From NCBI GenBank assembly GCA_013288885.1, contig JABDBA010000001.1, positions 556,025 to 620,024 on the forward strand: a stretch of DNA of 64,000 nt, given 5' to 3'. Of this stretch, positions 18,143 through 28,518 are shown one piece after another (the first letter of the stretch is position 1; each line of letters begins with the position of its first letter). This DNA is from Gammaproteobacteria bacterium. Lineage in GTDB: Bacteria; Pseudomonadota; Gammaproteobacteria; JABDBA01. A model generated the notes under the pieces. That model ran no database searches, was not told the DNA's origin, and worked only from the letters and a program-made list of their open reading frames with translations. Made by a program: the position numbers and the translations under genes.

Positions 18143-19762
18143 TTACTCCGCCAAATGCTTAGTTCGATGATCAAGCCGTTCGACTAATTTGTTACGAACA
18201 GTATAGCTGATTTCTTCTTTGTGCCAGAGCCGCAATAGTTCACCCCTTTCCACTTCGATCACTTGCGATTGCAGGTAAACGGTACTAGCAGCTTCGGCTT
18301 CTTCGGTATGTTCTTTTTCATCGCCTTCTTGATGGTTGGCAATTCTTTCTTTTAGTTGATTTCTGACCATGCGATATTTTTTGATGCGCAATTTTACTTC
18401 GTCTAATAATTTTAGATCATCTTTAATTTGATCTTTGTATTCCGCTAACCAACGTAAAACTGCGCGCGTCATTTTTAACCTTGCCCGTAGTTCACCAACA
18501 TGTTCACAATATTTTTCATGTTGGCCGAAAGATTGTACACCCAAAACTTTTAATAACCAGGGTAGCGTTAAGCCTTGCAATAGCAATGTTGCCGTGATGA
18601 CACAAAATACTAGAAAAATCAGCAAATTTTTTGAGTTTGCTCCATCAATCATTATTGGTAAAGTAGGTACAGCCAGTGCGGCAGCTAATGAAATTCCACC
18701 ACGCATTCCCGCCCATGAAACAATAAATGTTGCTTGCCAAGGTGGATAAGGGTCTTTTTTGCGTAGCGAAGGAATTAAAAATCGTGGTATGAGAGTTGCA
18801 GCAAACACCCAAATAAATCGACCAATAATGACCGCCAAAATAACTGCTACACTATAAATTAATAAAGATTGATAAGATATCGATGAAATGCTTTGCAAAA
18901 CAAAGCGCATATCTAAACCCACTAATAAGAAAAGAATACTTTGAATAGCAAAAGCGGTTGCCGGCCATATGGAGCGACTCACTAAGCGAAATTCGGGAGT
19001 AAAACGCATCGCATAAATGTGCCCAATGACAAAACCTGTCACTACCGTGGCGAGTACACCGCAACCACCCAGTTTTACTGCAGGTAGATAGGCTAAAAAA
19101 GGTGTTAAGAACGATGCCAACACATGTAACATTGGGTTGCGAATTCGGAGCCGTATTTCTGCAATTATATAACCCAGCACTAACCCATAAAGTGTTTCAC
19201 CAATCACTACAGCAAAAAAAGCGGAAACAGCATGTATGGCAGAAAATTGATGAGTGACCACTGCTACCAAAGCGAATCTAAATAAAATAAGTGCAGTGGC
19301 ATCGTTTAACATGCCTTCACCTTCGAGGATAGTGACAATTCGTCGTGGCATACGAATTTTTTCAGCAATAGAAACTATCGCTACGGTATCGGGTGGTGAG
19401 ATCACTGCACCTAAAACGAAAGCCAGTGGCCAACCGATTTGGGGAATAAGAGCATGAATGACAACAGCCACTACGGCTGTGATAAATAGCACATGCCCTA
19501 CTGACATCAATATAACGGGGCGAACATTTTTTTTAAGATCTTGCCATGAAGAATAAGCACTGATTTCGTAGACCAAAACGGGTAGAAAAATATTTAACAC
19601 GATATCTGGATTAAGATTAATTTGTGGAAAATATGGCAAAAAACTTAAGATCATTCCAGTGATCACAAGTAACAATGACGTGGGGATGGAAGATTTATTA
19701 AAGAGCTGGGCTACAGCAACTATAATACCAAATAAAATGACAAATATTTCTATTGTATCCAT
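18143..19762 (-). CDS. Na+/H+ antiporter, CPA1 family (NhaP/YjcE-like)
   Basis: FLPVLVY, GAVISPPDTVA, LEGEGMLNDATAL, SWAGMRGGISLAAAL; start re-called to MDTIEIF at 19762. Confidence 0.93.
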   Translation of the reverse strand: MDTIEIFVILFGIIVAVAQLFNKSSIPTSLLLVITGMILSFLPYFPQINLNPDIVLNIFLPVLVYEISAYSSWQDLKKNVRPVILMSVGHVLFITAVVAVVIHALIPQIGWPLAFVLGAVISPPDTVAIVSIAEKIRMPRRIVTILEGEGMLNDATALILFRFALVAVVTHQFSAIHAVSAFFAVVIGETLYGLVLGYIIAEIRLRIRNPMLHVLASFLTPFLAYLPAVKLGGCGVLATVVTGFVIGHIYAMRFTPEFRLVSRSIWPATAFAIQSILFLLVGLDMRFVLQSISSISYQSLLIYSVAVILAVIIGRFIWVFAATLIPRFLIPSLRKKDPYPPWQATFIVSWAGMRGGISLAAALAVPTLPIMIDGANSKNLLIFLVFCVITATLLLQGLTLPWLLKVLGVQSFGQHEKYCEHVGELRARLKMTRAVLRWLAEYKDQIKDDLKLLDEVKLRIKKYRMVRNQLKERIANHQEGDEKEHTEEAEAASTVYLQSQVIEVERGELLRLWHKEEISYTVRNKLVERLDHRTKHLAE

Positions 19763-19778
19763 AAGCGACTTTACTCTT

Positions 19779-20738
19779 CTAAAGCGGTTGTACTTCATCC
19801 TCAGTTGGTTTTTCTCGTTTACCTTTAGCCATGGCATTAAATACAATGGATGCAATAACGAGTAGCATTCCGAAAAATTGTAATGCGGAGATCGCTTCGT
19901 GCAAAAATAACCAGGCGATGATGAGCGTTGCAATGGGCATTCCCGCAGTGAATAAAGCGGCGGTTGCGCCGCTCACTCGTTTACAACCCGTGCACCAAAA
20001 AACATAAAAAAGTGCTGATGCAGTGCCTATAGCTATTAATACACTTATGCTTTTTAGGGGTAATTGCGCAGGGAAAAAATGGGCAGTTCCTAAGCCGATA
20101 AGTAATAGTATGGGTAAATTTACCGCGTGCATCAGGGCAGACATGAGAAAAATAGGCAATTTATTCACATGGATTTTAGCCATCACATAATAAGCTGCTT
20201 CAGGTAACAGCGATAGTAAAACGATAAAGTCGCCGAATAAATCATGTGAATTTGTTTGACGAAAATTAGTTGCATTAATCACCAGTAAACCTGCGATGGC
20301 AAAACCTACACAGAGTGAACTAAATAAAGTTAAATGTTCGCGCAAGAACAGAATGGATAATATGACAATAATGGCTGGCAATACACTAGAAATAATACCT
20401 GCCGCATTCGCGTTGGTATAGTGCAGCCCGAATAACAACAATAAATTAAAAAATACGCCAGCACAAAGGCCTTGGGCAGTAATAAATAACCAGTCTCTTT
20501 TTGTTAAATCTCTTAACCTTTGCATTTTTTGGTTTGATTGATTCAACGAAGAAAAAAAATGCATGATCAACAAAAAAATAATAGCGATAACAAAGCGCAC
20601 CGTAATAATAAAAATAATTGAAAATTGTGCTACTAAAAATTTCGCGCCGACAATGTTAATACCGACCATCACTTGAGCAATAAAAAGTGAGAGGTAGTAG
20701 GGGGTGAGGTTGCCGCTGGTGTTTTTAGTTTGTGTCAT
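19779..20738 (-). CDS. DMT/EamA-family transporter
   Basis: About 10 TM helices in two EamA halves (GLHYTNANAAGIISSVLP, FLREH; FTAGMP, FLHE); likely start MTQTK. Confidence 0.9.
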   Translation of the reverse strand: MTQTKNTSGNLTPYYLSLFIAQVMVGINIVGAKFLVAQFSIIFIITVRFVIAIIFLLIMHFFSSLNQSNQKMQRLRDLTKRDWLFITAQGLCAGVFFNLLLLFGLHYTNANAAGIISSVLPAIIVILSILFLREHLTLFSSLCVGFAIAGLLVINATNFRQTNSHDLFGDFIVLLSLLPEAAYYVMAKIHVNKLPIFLMSALMHAVNLPILLLIGLGTAHFFPAQLPLKSISVLIAIGTASALFYVFWCTGCKRVSGATAALFTAGMPIATLIIAWLFLHEAISALQFFGMLLVIASIVFNAMAKGKREKPTEDEVQPL

Positions 20739-20796
20739 TGTGTGAGCATAGCCCAACACATGATAAGCGGCAAGCCTCTTGGTTGATCTAATGTGC

Positions 20797-20831
20797 AAAA
20801 AAAGAACACCCCAGAGTAGGTCATGGGGTAT
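20797..20831 (-). terminator. Possible intrinsic terminator after the DUF1328 gene
   Basis: Minus strand ATACCCCA-loop-TGGGGTGT followed by TCTTTTTTT. Confidence 0.4.
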
Positions 20832-20855
20832 CAATTTGTTTGAAATAGCTTAAAC

Positions 20856-21053
20856 TTACTCTGACTTCTTTTTTGCTTTTATTTGAATTCTTTCAATCAT
20901 AATTAAGATAAAAGCCACCATAAAACAGATGAGTGATAATAAGAAAAGAATTTTAGTGAAAAACGAAACTGCTATGGCGATACCCCCAAAAGCGAGAAAC
21001 CCCAGCAAAATAGCAGCAACAAAAAATAGAATTGCCCATAAGATTAATATCAT
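20856..21053 (-). CDS. DUF1328 (YtjA-like) small membrane protein
   Basis: WAILFFVAAILLGFLAFGGIA....TKILF two-helix pattern; GGAG RBS. Confidence 0.75.
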   Translation of the reverse strand: MILILWAILFFVAAILLGFLAFGGIAIAVSFFTKILFLLSLICFMVAFILIMIERIQIKAKKKSE

Positions 21054-21145
21054 TATAAATATCTCCGTGTTTGGTTCATTTTGTTCGATAAAACTTATAT
21101 AATATAGCAGGTAATAAATACTGTGGCAAATACAAAGATAAACTC

Positions 21146-22129
21146 ATGAAAAAACTTAATTCTAATCTGCTAAAAATTGTTAATATACTGAATGATACTC
21201 AGTTTCATGCAGGCGATGAAATTGGCAATAAACTTGGGATCACGCGCAGTGCCATTTGGAAGGCAATTAAAAAACTCAATAAATACCAAATAAAAGTTAC
21301 TTCAATTAAAGGTAAGGGGTATGCAATGCAGGAACCACTCGTTTTATTAGATGACAAAAAGATTAAACAAGTGCTTGACCCAGCAATCAAAAAAGATATA
21401 GACCTCACGCTGCTTGAAACAACTGATTCGACCAATAATTATCTAAAAAAAATTTCGAGTAAAAATCGCTTTAAAATTTGTTTAGCTGAACATTTAACAC
21501 AAGCGCGCGGGCGCTTTCAGCGAGCTTGGCATGCGCCGTTTGGGCAGAATATTTATCTTTCTTGTCAATATCGATTTGCTAAAGACCTAAGCGAGCTAGC
21601 GGGTTTGAGTTTGGTGATAGGGCTTGCCATCATAAAAACACTGCATGAGTTCGGGCTTAACAATAAAATTATGATCAAATGGCCTAATGATATTTTATGG
21701 CAACGCCGAAAATTAGCTGGAACACTGATTGAGGTCAGTGCCGAAACACATGGGCATTGTGAAGCAATGATTGGCATTGGGCTTAATGTCAATATGCTAG
21801 ATGCAGATAATGATGTAGTTTCACAACCGTGGGCTTCGTTGCGGCAGATACAAAATAAATATTTTGACCGTAATGTTGTTGTTGCAGCGCTCATTAATCA
21901 TTTAGTCAATTATATTCAGCAATTTGAATTACACGGGCTTGCTCATTTTATGGAAGAGTGGAACGCTTCTGATTGTTTGCTAGGTCAATCGGTGACGATA
22001 ATTAATGGGAAAGAAGAAGTGCAAGGATTAGCACAAGGCATCAATGAGCAAGGGCATTTATTGCTTAAACTCCCCAACGGAAGGACACACGCATTCTCCT
22101 CCGGCGATGCGAGCGTTAAAAAGACGTAG
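21146..22129 (+). CDS. birA: Bifunctional biotin ligase / biotin operon repressor
   Basis: N-terminal HTH (LGITRSAIWKAI..L...KGKGY), STN, ARGR..RAW, IKWPND, RKLAG, GIGLNV. Confidence 0.96.
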   Translation: MKKLNSNLLKIVNILNDTQFHAGDEIGNKLGITRSAIWKAIKKLNKYQIKVTSIKGKGYAMQEPLVLLDDKKIKQVLDPAIKKDIDLTLLETTDSTNNYLKKISSKNRFKICLAEHLTQARGRFQRAWHAPFGQNIYLSCQYRFAKDLSELAGLSLVIGLAIIKTLHEFGLNNKIMIKWPNDILWQRRKLAGTLIEVSAETHGHCEAMIGIGLNVNMLDADNDVVSQPWASLRQIQNKYFDRNVVVAALINHLVNYIQQFELHGLAHFMEEWNASDCLLGQSVTIINGKEEVQGLAQGINEQGHLLLKLPNGRTHAFSSGDASVKKT

Positions 22130-22152
22130 GCCTGATTATATGAGAACAGAAG

Positions 22153-22782
22153 TTATTGGGTATACGGCACAACCCCCAAGCAAGGTGATTTTAACCAGTG
22201 GCGCAAGGTGGCAATGTTTTCTTCTGCTGCAATCATGTGTGGATCAATACAATTAGCGACCCAACCTAACAAGGGAATTTTACATTGTTTGATCGCTTGA
22301 TAAGTTAATAACGTATGATTCAAACAACCTAAACGAACACCGACGACTAATATCGTGCTAAACTGCATGAGTGTCACAAAATCTGCCATTGTTTCAGTTT
22401 CATTTAATGGGTTAAACCAACCACCCACACCTTCAATAATATGAATATCAGCTGAATGATGTAGTGCATCATGACATTTTTCTTTGAGTAATGCCGCCGA
22501 TAAATTTATTGGTATTTGTGCAGCTGCTATATGCGGGGCAATAGCCGGTTGAAATGCCAATGGATTAATTTGGTCATAAGGCAATTTGATCGAAGATGCT
22601 TGTTGTAAAGCGAGAGCATCATCACTATATAGTTTTCCTTCCACATAATGACACCCAGAAGCTAAGGGTTTGATACCTAATGTTGAATAACCACATTGAT
22701 TAAATTCATGTAGTAATAACGTCGCCACATAAGTTTTACCAATGTTTGTGTCTGTACCTGTAACGAAAATTTTTAAAGACAT
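22153..22782 (-). CDS. bioD: Dethiobiotin synthase
   Basis: FVTGTDTNIGKT, KPLASG, APHIAA, EGVGG, LGCLNH. Confidence 0.97.
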   Translation of the reverse strand: MSLKIFVTGTDTNIGKTYVATLLLHEFNQCGYSTLGIKPLASGCHYVEGKLYSDDALALQQASSIKLPYDQINPLAFQPAIAPHIAAAQIPINLSAALLKEKCHDALHHSADIHIIEGVGGWFNPLNETETMADFVTLMQFSTILVVGVRLGCLNHTLLTYQAIKQCKIPLLGWVANCIDPHMIAAEENIATLRHWLKSPCLGVVPYTQ

Positions 22783-22784
22783 GA

Positions 22785-23576
22785 TTAATTACCTTTTTGA
22801 GCTATAACAGATAAAATCGAATAAGTTAACGGTAACAGATGATTAGTATGGCCAAACTTAGCAAAATAATATTGCTCCAGTTGGTTAAGATAACTTTTAG
22901 TTTTCAGTGTACTATTTAGGTTTTTCACATAATTTGTTCCCGAATTTTTAAGGGATTTAATAAGGTGTAAAATATTTTTAAAATAAATAATATAATTATT
23001 TATTTTTAAATCAATGATATTGAAATCACTCGATTTGAGTTGTTGTATTAATTCTGATGTTGCGGTAAAACGGTCATCATAACTAGTATTATTTATATGT
23101 TGTTGACAGTTTATAAGTTCAATAAAAGTTCCTTTAATGGGAACAGAAAAAGCCAATATGCCACCTGGTGTTAATATGCGCGCTGGTTCTTTAATAATTG
23201 CTGTATTATCGATATTCCAATGTAATGCCATGTTAGAAAATACCAGATCAATACAGTGGTCTTTTAATGGGATATTGGCAAAATCTGCTTGTAAAACTTT
23301 TATAGACAATGGAGTAAGTCTTGATTTTGCTAATGCAAGCAAGTTTTCTGCAATATCTATTGCCATGAAAAAATGATGAGAAATATGACGTGCCAATTCC
23401 ATAGTCAGTTTTCCAGCAGCGCAACCTAAATCGATCAACTGCAGAGATGATTTAGTATGTGGTATCAACATCTTAATCAGCTTATTACCAATGATAGTTT
23501 GCAATCCACTATTATTATCATAAGTATTTGCTGCTTTGTTAAAGCAAGCGCGTATGTGATTCATAAAATTCAGCAA
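22785..23576 (-). CDS. bioC: Malonyl-ACP O-methyltransferase
   Basis: FNKAANTYD...LQ, IDLGCAAG, DLVFSNMALHW, GTFIEL, LPLTY; position in the bio operon. Confidence 0.88.
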   Translation of the reverse strand: MLNFMNHIRACFNKAANTYDNNSGLQTIIGNKLIKMLIPHTKSSLQLIDLGCAAGKLTMELARHISHHFFMAIDIAENLLALAKSRLTPLSIKVLQADFANIPLKDHCIDLVFSNMALHWNIDNTAIIKEPARILTPGGILAFSVPIKGTFIELINCQQHINNTSYDDRFTATSELIQQLKSSDFNIIDLKINNYIIYFKNILHLIKSLKNSGTNYVKNLNSTLKTKSYLNQLEQYYFAKFGHTNHLLPLTYSILSVIAQKGN

Positions 23577-24705
23577 TTAAATCTAAAAGGTCAGTAATTT
23601 GATTTTCGGTATGCTCATAATTCAAAGATATTCGAATTCGTGATGTGTTAACGGGAACAGTAGGTGGACGGATGGCACTAACCAAAAAACCTTTGTTGTA
23701 AAGTAATTTTTGCAACGCTAAGACTTTAGCGCTGCTTTTAATCATAATAGATTGAATGGGAATGGCGCATTCCGATCGAATGGATATATTGCGTTGCTGA
23801 GCAGATTTAATGAAAAACTGAATAAGTTTTGCAAGCTTTTCACGGCGCCAATGTGCATTTTTAATGATCTGTAAAGCTGTTATTGTGGCATGGACTAAAG
23901 CAGGCGGTAGAGCAGTGGTATAAATATAAGTGCGGCCAAATTGCATTAATGCAGTTATTAGCTCTTTGCTGCCAGATACAATAGCACCAAAACTGGCGAA
24001 AGCCTTGCCAAGAGGTGAGACTAGCGCGGGAACTTGTTTTGTTGTCAACGCCAATGCTTCGCATATGCCAGCACCATTTTTTCCTAATACACCCAGACCA
24101 TGGGCATCATCAACTAGTAAAGTGGCATTCGTTTGTTGTACGCAATCAACAATATTTTGTAGTGGGGCAATATCGCCTTCCATACTAAAAATAGATTCTG
24201 TGACGATTAATTTATTTGCACTATCGAATTGATTTAACCGCGATTGTAGATGGGCTACGTCGTTATGTTTATAGCGCCAATGTTTAGCTGCTGATAATTT
24301 AATGGCATCAATCAATGATGCATGGCAGAGTTTATCTGAAAAAATAGTGGAATTCCTTCCAGCTAACACTGTGATGAGACCCAAGTTCGCCAGGTATCCT
24401 GAATTAAATAAGATTGCACTTTCTCTCCCTAAAAAATCGGCGAACTGTTCTTCTAAAACTTGATGCGCTTTATAATAGCCAGAAATTAATGCAGATGAAG
24501 TACTGCCAAAGCCATATATGTCGATACCTTCTTTGAAGGCCTGACATACTTCAGAGTCGGTTGCGATACCTAAATAATCGCTGCTACAAAAATTAATCAG
24601 TAATGAGTCATTTATTTTAATCTTGTTGCCAGATCTAGCACTAATGGCAACGCGGTCGCGCCAAAGATGCAAATCTTTTCTTTCTTTTAATTGTGTCATT
24701 AACAT
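23539..24705 (-). CDS. bioF: 8-amino-7-oxononanoate synthase
   Basis: [49 protein letters not shown]. Confidence 0.97.
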   Translation of the reverse strand: MLMTQLKERKDLHLWRDRVAISARSGNKIKINDSLLINFCSSDYLGIATDSEVCQAFKEGIDIYGFGSTSSALISGYYKAHQVLEEQFADFLGRESAILFNSGYLANLGLITVLAGRNSTIFSDKLCHASLIDAIKLSAAKHWRYKHNDVAHLQSRLNQFDSANKLIVTESIFSMEGDIAPLQNIVDCVQQTNATLLVDDAHGLGVLGKNGAGICEALALTTKQVPALVSPLGKAFASFGAIVSGSKELITALMQFGRTYIYTTALPPALVHATITALQIIKNAHWRREKLAKLIQFFIKSAQQRNISIRSECAIPIQSIMIKSSAKVLALQKLLYNKGFLVSAIRPPTVPVNTSRIRISLNYEHTENQITDLLDLIAEFYESHTRLL

Positions 24706-25628
24706 GTGGGTGTTATCCCCAGTTTTTTCAGCAAATTTAAATCTTTGTTGCTGGTCGGGTTAGTGGTGGTTAACAAAACTTCGCCAAAATGGATGGAACT
24801 CACCCCAACCATAAAACATAATGCGTGCGTTTCTTCCGACATTTCATTTCTACCAGCAGAAAGGCGAATCACTGAGGTGGGTAACATAATGCGTGCAACT
24901 GCAATAGTGCGAATAAATTCAAAATTATCAATACTAGGGGCATCTGCCAGAGGCGTGCCTTTAATCGGTATTAACCGATTGATCGGTAAACTCTCGGGTG
25001 GTTCGGGTAAGTGAGTGAGCTGTAATAAAAAATTAATGCGATCAGCTCTGCTTTCGCCCATGCCTAGAATACCACCACAACATATTTTTAATTGTGCATC
25101 TCTTATGTTTTTTAAAGTACTTAAACGCTCATCATAATTGCGCGTGCTGATTATTTTTTTATAATATTCAGGTGAAGTATCTAAATTATGATTGTAATAA
25201 TCAAGACCTGCTTCTTTTAAAATATCCGCTTGTTTTTTACTTAACATACCCAAGGTCACGCAAGTTTCTAAACCTAAATCTTTAATGGCTTTAATAATTT
25301 TAGCTATTTTATGCAATTCACGGTCAGGCATATCACGCCAAGCCGCACCCATGCAAAACCGCGTAGCCCCATTTACTTTGGCGCATTTGGCTTTTTCAAT
25401 AATTTCATCAGCATTCATTAAAGCATGTTTTTTGATATTCGTTTTATAGCGCGCACTCTGTGGGCAATAAGCACAATCTTCGGGGCATGACCCCGTTTTG
25501 ATACTGAGCAAAGTGCTTAACTGCATTTTACCCGCCATCTTATGTTCTCTATGAACAGCCTGCGCACGATAAAATAAATCGACGAAGGGCAGATCAAACA
25601 GCTCACTGACCTTTTGGTAATTCCACAT
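24699..25628 (-). CDS. bioB: Biotin synthase
   Basis: [11 protein letters not shown] radical-SAM motif, [23 protein letters not shown]. Confidence 0.98.
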   Translation of the reverse strand: MWNYQKVSELFDLPFVDLFYRAQAVHREHKMAGKMQLSTLLSIKTGSCPEDCAYCPQSARYKTNIKKHALMNADEIIEKAKCAKVNGATRFCMGAAWRDMPDRELHKIAKIIKAIKDLGLETCVTLGMLSKKQADILKEAGLDYYNHNLDTSPEYYKKIISTRNYDERLSTLKNIRDAQLKICCGGILGMGESRADRINFLLQLTHLPEPPESLPINRLIPIKGTPLADAPSIDNFEFIRTIAVARIMLPTSVIRLSAGRNEMSEETHALCFMVGVSSIHFGEVLLTTTNPTSNKDLNLLKKLGITPTC

Positions 25629-25681
25629 ATTATTTTTAGCCCCTATATTTACAAAAAACCTAATTTACGATATCTTTTTTC

Positions 25682-25717
25682 ATTAGTCAACCACTAAAAT
25701 AAAATAGGTCTACTAAT
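25682..25717. promoter_or_regulatory. BirA operator (bioO)
   Basis: ATTAGTCAACC-N14-GGTCTACTAAT between divergent bioB and bioA, matching the TGTAAACC-N14/16-GGTTTACA consensus. Confidence 0.8.
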
Positions 25718-27031
25718 ATGAGCCTCATACAACGCGATTTAAATTGCCTATGGCACCCCTGCGCACAAATGAAAGATTATGAAGTTTTCAAACCGCTAAT
25801 CATCAAACGAGCTAGAGGAAGCATCATTGAATTATCGGATGGCCGTAAAATTATCGATGCCATTGCAAGTTGGTGGTGTAAATCTTTAGGCCATAATCAT
25901 CCACAGCTTAAAAAAGCATTATTGCAGCAGTTAGATAAATTTGAACACGTTCTATTGGCTAATACGACATATGAAACGATTGTACAACTATCTGAAAAAC
26001 TGACAGCGCTTATGCCTTCTTTAAAAAAAGTATTTTATGCCAGTGATGGGTCATCTGCCGTTGAAATCGCTATGAAAATGAGTTTACACACCAGACAAAT
26101 TAAAGGCGAAACAAACCGCAAAAAATTTATTGCACTCAGTAACAGTTATCATGGTGAAACAATAGGAGCACTTAGCGTTAGTGATATGGGCTTGTATCGT
26201 GATCCTTATAAAGAATTGCTATTTGACGTAGCATTTCTTGCACCGTTACCTTATGTACTTACCCGAAATGATCCACTATGGGGTAATTGCCAGCAACACT
26301 GGGATATTCTAAAAAAACAATTAGATTTACTGGCGCATGAAACGACGGCCATTCTTGTTGAGCCGATTGTTCAAGGTGCAGGGGGTATGCGATTGTATAG
26401 CCAAGATTTGTTAAAACGCTTACGTGATTGGACCAAACAACATGGCATTCATCTTATTGCCGATGAAATTATGACAGGAATAGGTCGCACGGGAAAAATG
26501 CTTGCTTGTGAATATGCTAACATCGAACCTGATTTTCTTTGTTTGGCAAAAGGTTTAACTTCAGGATGGTTGCCACTGAGTGCAGTGCTCACCTCAGATG
26601 AAATTTATTATTTATTTTATGATGAGTATGATACTGGTAAAGCTTTTTTACATTCTCACACACATTGTGGTAATGCCCTTGCAGTGAGTATAGCTTTAGC
26701 CACATTGCAGGTGATGGAACAAGAACATATTTGTCGCTATGTCTCTGAATTAGAACCACTCATGTTTAGATATATGAGTGAAATAGCAGAACACACCGGT
26801 AAATTGGAAAATGTGCGCAGTATGGGGGCTATTGTTGCGGCCGATTTTATCGTGCGAGATCCACAGCAACGTGTAGGATTTGAGGTATATAAATCAGCGG
26901 TTAAACTTGGTGCTTTGCTGCGCCCCCTTGGTAACACGATTTATTGGTTTCCACCGCTTAACATAGAGTTTAGTACATTGCAGGAACTTAAAGAAATTAC
27001 GCAAAAGTCGATCGAAATGGTAAAATTTTAA
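25718..27031 (+). CDS. bioA: Adenosylmethionine-8-amino-7-oxononanoate aminotransferase
   Basis: WHPCAQMK, SWWCKSLGH, GSSAVEIAMK, YHGET, EPIVQGAGGM, DEIMTG.GRTG, AKGLTSG, LRPLGN. Confidence 0.98.
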   Translation: MSLIQRDLNCLWHPCAQMKDYEVFKPLIIKRARGSIIELSDGRKIIDAIASWWCKSLGHNHPQLKKALLQQLDKFEHVLLANTTYETIVQLSEKLTALMPSLKKVFYASDGSSAVEIAMKMSLHTRQIKGETNRKKFIALSNSYHGETIGALSVSDMGLYRDPYKELLFDVAFLAPLPYVLTRNDPLWGNCQQHWDILKKQLDLLAHETTAILVEPIVQGAGGMRLYSQDLLKRLRDWTKQHGIHLIADEIMTGIGRTGKMLACEYANIEPDFLCLAKGLTSGWLPLSAVLTSDEIYYLFYDEYDTGKAFLHSHTHCGNALAVSIALATLQVMEQEHICRYVSELEPLMFRYMSEIAEHTGKLENVRSMGAIVAADFIVRDPQQRVGFEVYKSAVKLGALLRPLGNTIYWFPPLNIEFSTLQELKEITQKSIEMVKF

Positions 27032-27100
27032 GCCGCAAAACTCGATAACCCCAAATATCTATACTATAATGGAATAAGGCTAGTAAAAGGAACTTATGGC

Positions 27101-28357
27101 ATGCAAAAAAAATACATACCAATTATGTCTAATGGGGAACCATTTCCTCGTCAGATCATTAACACTATTCAACAAAAAATCTTTATTGCACTCATTGATA
27201 GTGCATTTAAACAAACACTGCTGTCACAGGCGGCATCGATCTTATGTGCGTTGGTTATCCTATTAGGTTTTTTTACACCCAACAGCGATAATACTTTATT
27301 ATTTGATTGGTTTGCATTTTTTATAAGTGTTGCTTTGTTTCGAATTATTCTTAATGTTGTTTATAAAGCGCAAAAAAATACTGAATCTCATTTGCAATTA
27401 TGGACTATTTTATTTTTAGTGGGTGCTACTTTAGGTGGTTGTAGTTGGGGGATTGCAGGAAGTATGTTATTTGCCCATGGTACTGAACTACAGCGGACTT
27501 TTATTATTATATTGTTGGCGGGGGTTACATCCGGTGCCGTAATGGCATTAACAGCCCAACTTGTCGCTGCACTGGTATTTATATCAGCCGCGCTATTGCC
27601 ATTGATTGTCTACCTAATAATGAGAGTGCATGGCGGTATTTATGATGTCTTTGAGGTCGCTGTATCCGCTTATTATCTTTATACCATCGTTATTGCTATT
27701 AAAGCGAATAAGTTAACTACCAATAATTTTAGATTATGTTTTGAAAATGAAGTTTTATTAAATGACTTAACACAAGTACGTAGTCAACTGGAAATTAAAA
27801 ATAAACAATTAGAAGTCGCTGCTACTCATGACCCTTTAACCGGGTTGGCAAACCGTCATCTTTTTGAGGTTTCGCTCAGTTCTGCTATTCAACGTGCCGA
27901 CCGTAATAAAAAATTATTAGCCGTTTTTTATATTGACCTCGATAATTTCAAAAGTGTTAACGATGTTTATGGTCACCAAGTCGGTGATTTATTTTTAAAA
28001 GTCATAGCAGAAAGAATGCGCAATAATATTCGGGCTTCTGACATGATTTCTCGTTTGGGCGGTGATGAATTTACCGTTATCATGGAAGATTTTAAGGATA
28101 CAAAAGATATTAGTAAGGTCGCCAGTCATGTTTGTAAAATCATTTCTGAACCTTTTATCATTGATGGGGTGCAATATGGAATATGTGTCAGTATTGGTAT
28201 CAGCATCTACCCCCTTGATAGCAATGATGCCGATACTCTTATAAAAAATGCCGATGACTCCATGTATGCTGTTAAACAAGCAGGCGGTAATAATTATCGT
28301 TATTTTAGCAACCCTGACGCGACCGAGCATGATCCGGCTATGAATGTTAATTCGTAA
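27101..28357 (+). CDS. Membrane-anchored diguanylate cyclase
   Basis: 5-6 TM helices, HDPLTGLANR, DLDNFK.VND.YGH, intact RLGGDEF with RxxD I-site (RASD). Confidence 0.95.
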   Translation: MQKKYIPIMSNGEPFPRQIINTIQQKIFIALIDSAFKQTLLSQAASILCALVILLGFFTPNSDNTLLFDWFAFFISVALFRIILNVVYKAQKNTESHLQLWTILFLVGATLGGCSWGIAGSMLFAHGTELQRTFIIILLAGVTSGAVMALTAQLVAALVFISAALLPLIVYLIMRVHGGIYDVFEVAVSAYYLYTIVIAIKANKLTTNNFRLCFENEVLLNDLTQVRSQLEIKNKQLEVAATHDPLTGLANRHLFEVSLSSAIQRADRNKKLLAVFYIDLDNFKSVNDVYGHQVGDLFLKVIAERMRNNIRASDMISRLGGDEFTVIMEDFKDTKDISKVASHVCKIISEPFIIDGVQYGICVSIGISIYPLDSNDADTLIKNADDSMYAVKQAGGNNYRYFSNPDATEHDPAMNVNS

Positions 28358-28410
28358 ACCTCTCACTATTTTGGTATGATCAATTACCCTATAGGTCGAT
28401 TGATGCATAC

Positions 28411-28506
28411 AGTTGTGGCTGATTATAAGATGTTTATATTTAGCCACAACTCCTCTGTACATTCGAGTTATGGCTGGCTATAATAGAGGTATAATTAGCC
28501 ACAACC
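28411..28506. repeat. Tandem pair of 17-7-17 bp inverted repeats overlapping the promoter of ATPase paralog 2
   Basis: AGTTGTGGCTGATTATA-AGATGTT-TATATTTAGCCACAACT (28411-28451) and AGTTATGGCTGGCTATA-ATAGAGG-TATAATTAGCCACAACC (28466-28506); imperfect. Contains TGTACA (28456-28461)-N17-TATAAT (28479-28484). Confidence 0.88.
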
Positions 28507-28518
28507 CAGGTACTTGCC

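Noticed and set aside
19763-19933. Long N-terminal extension of the antiporter as given in the ORF track
   Set aside because: It overlaps the DMT gene and is not membrane-protein-like; the Met at 19762 fits the family start.
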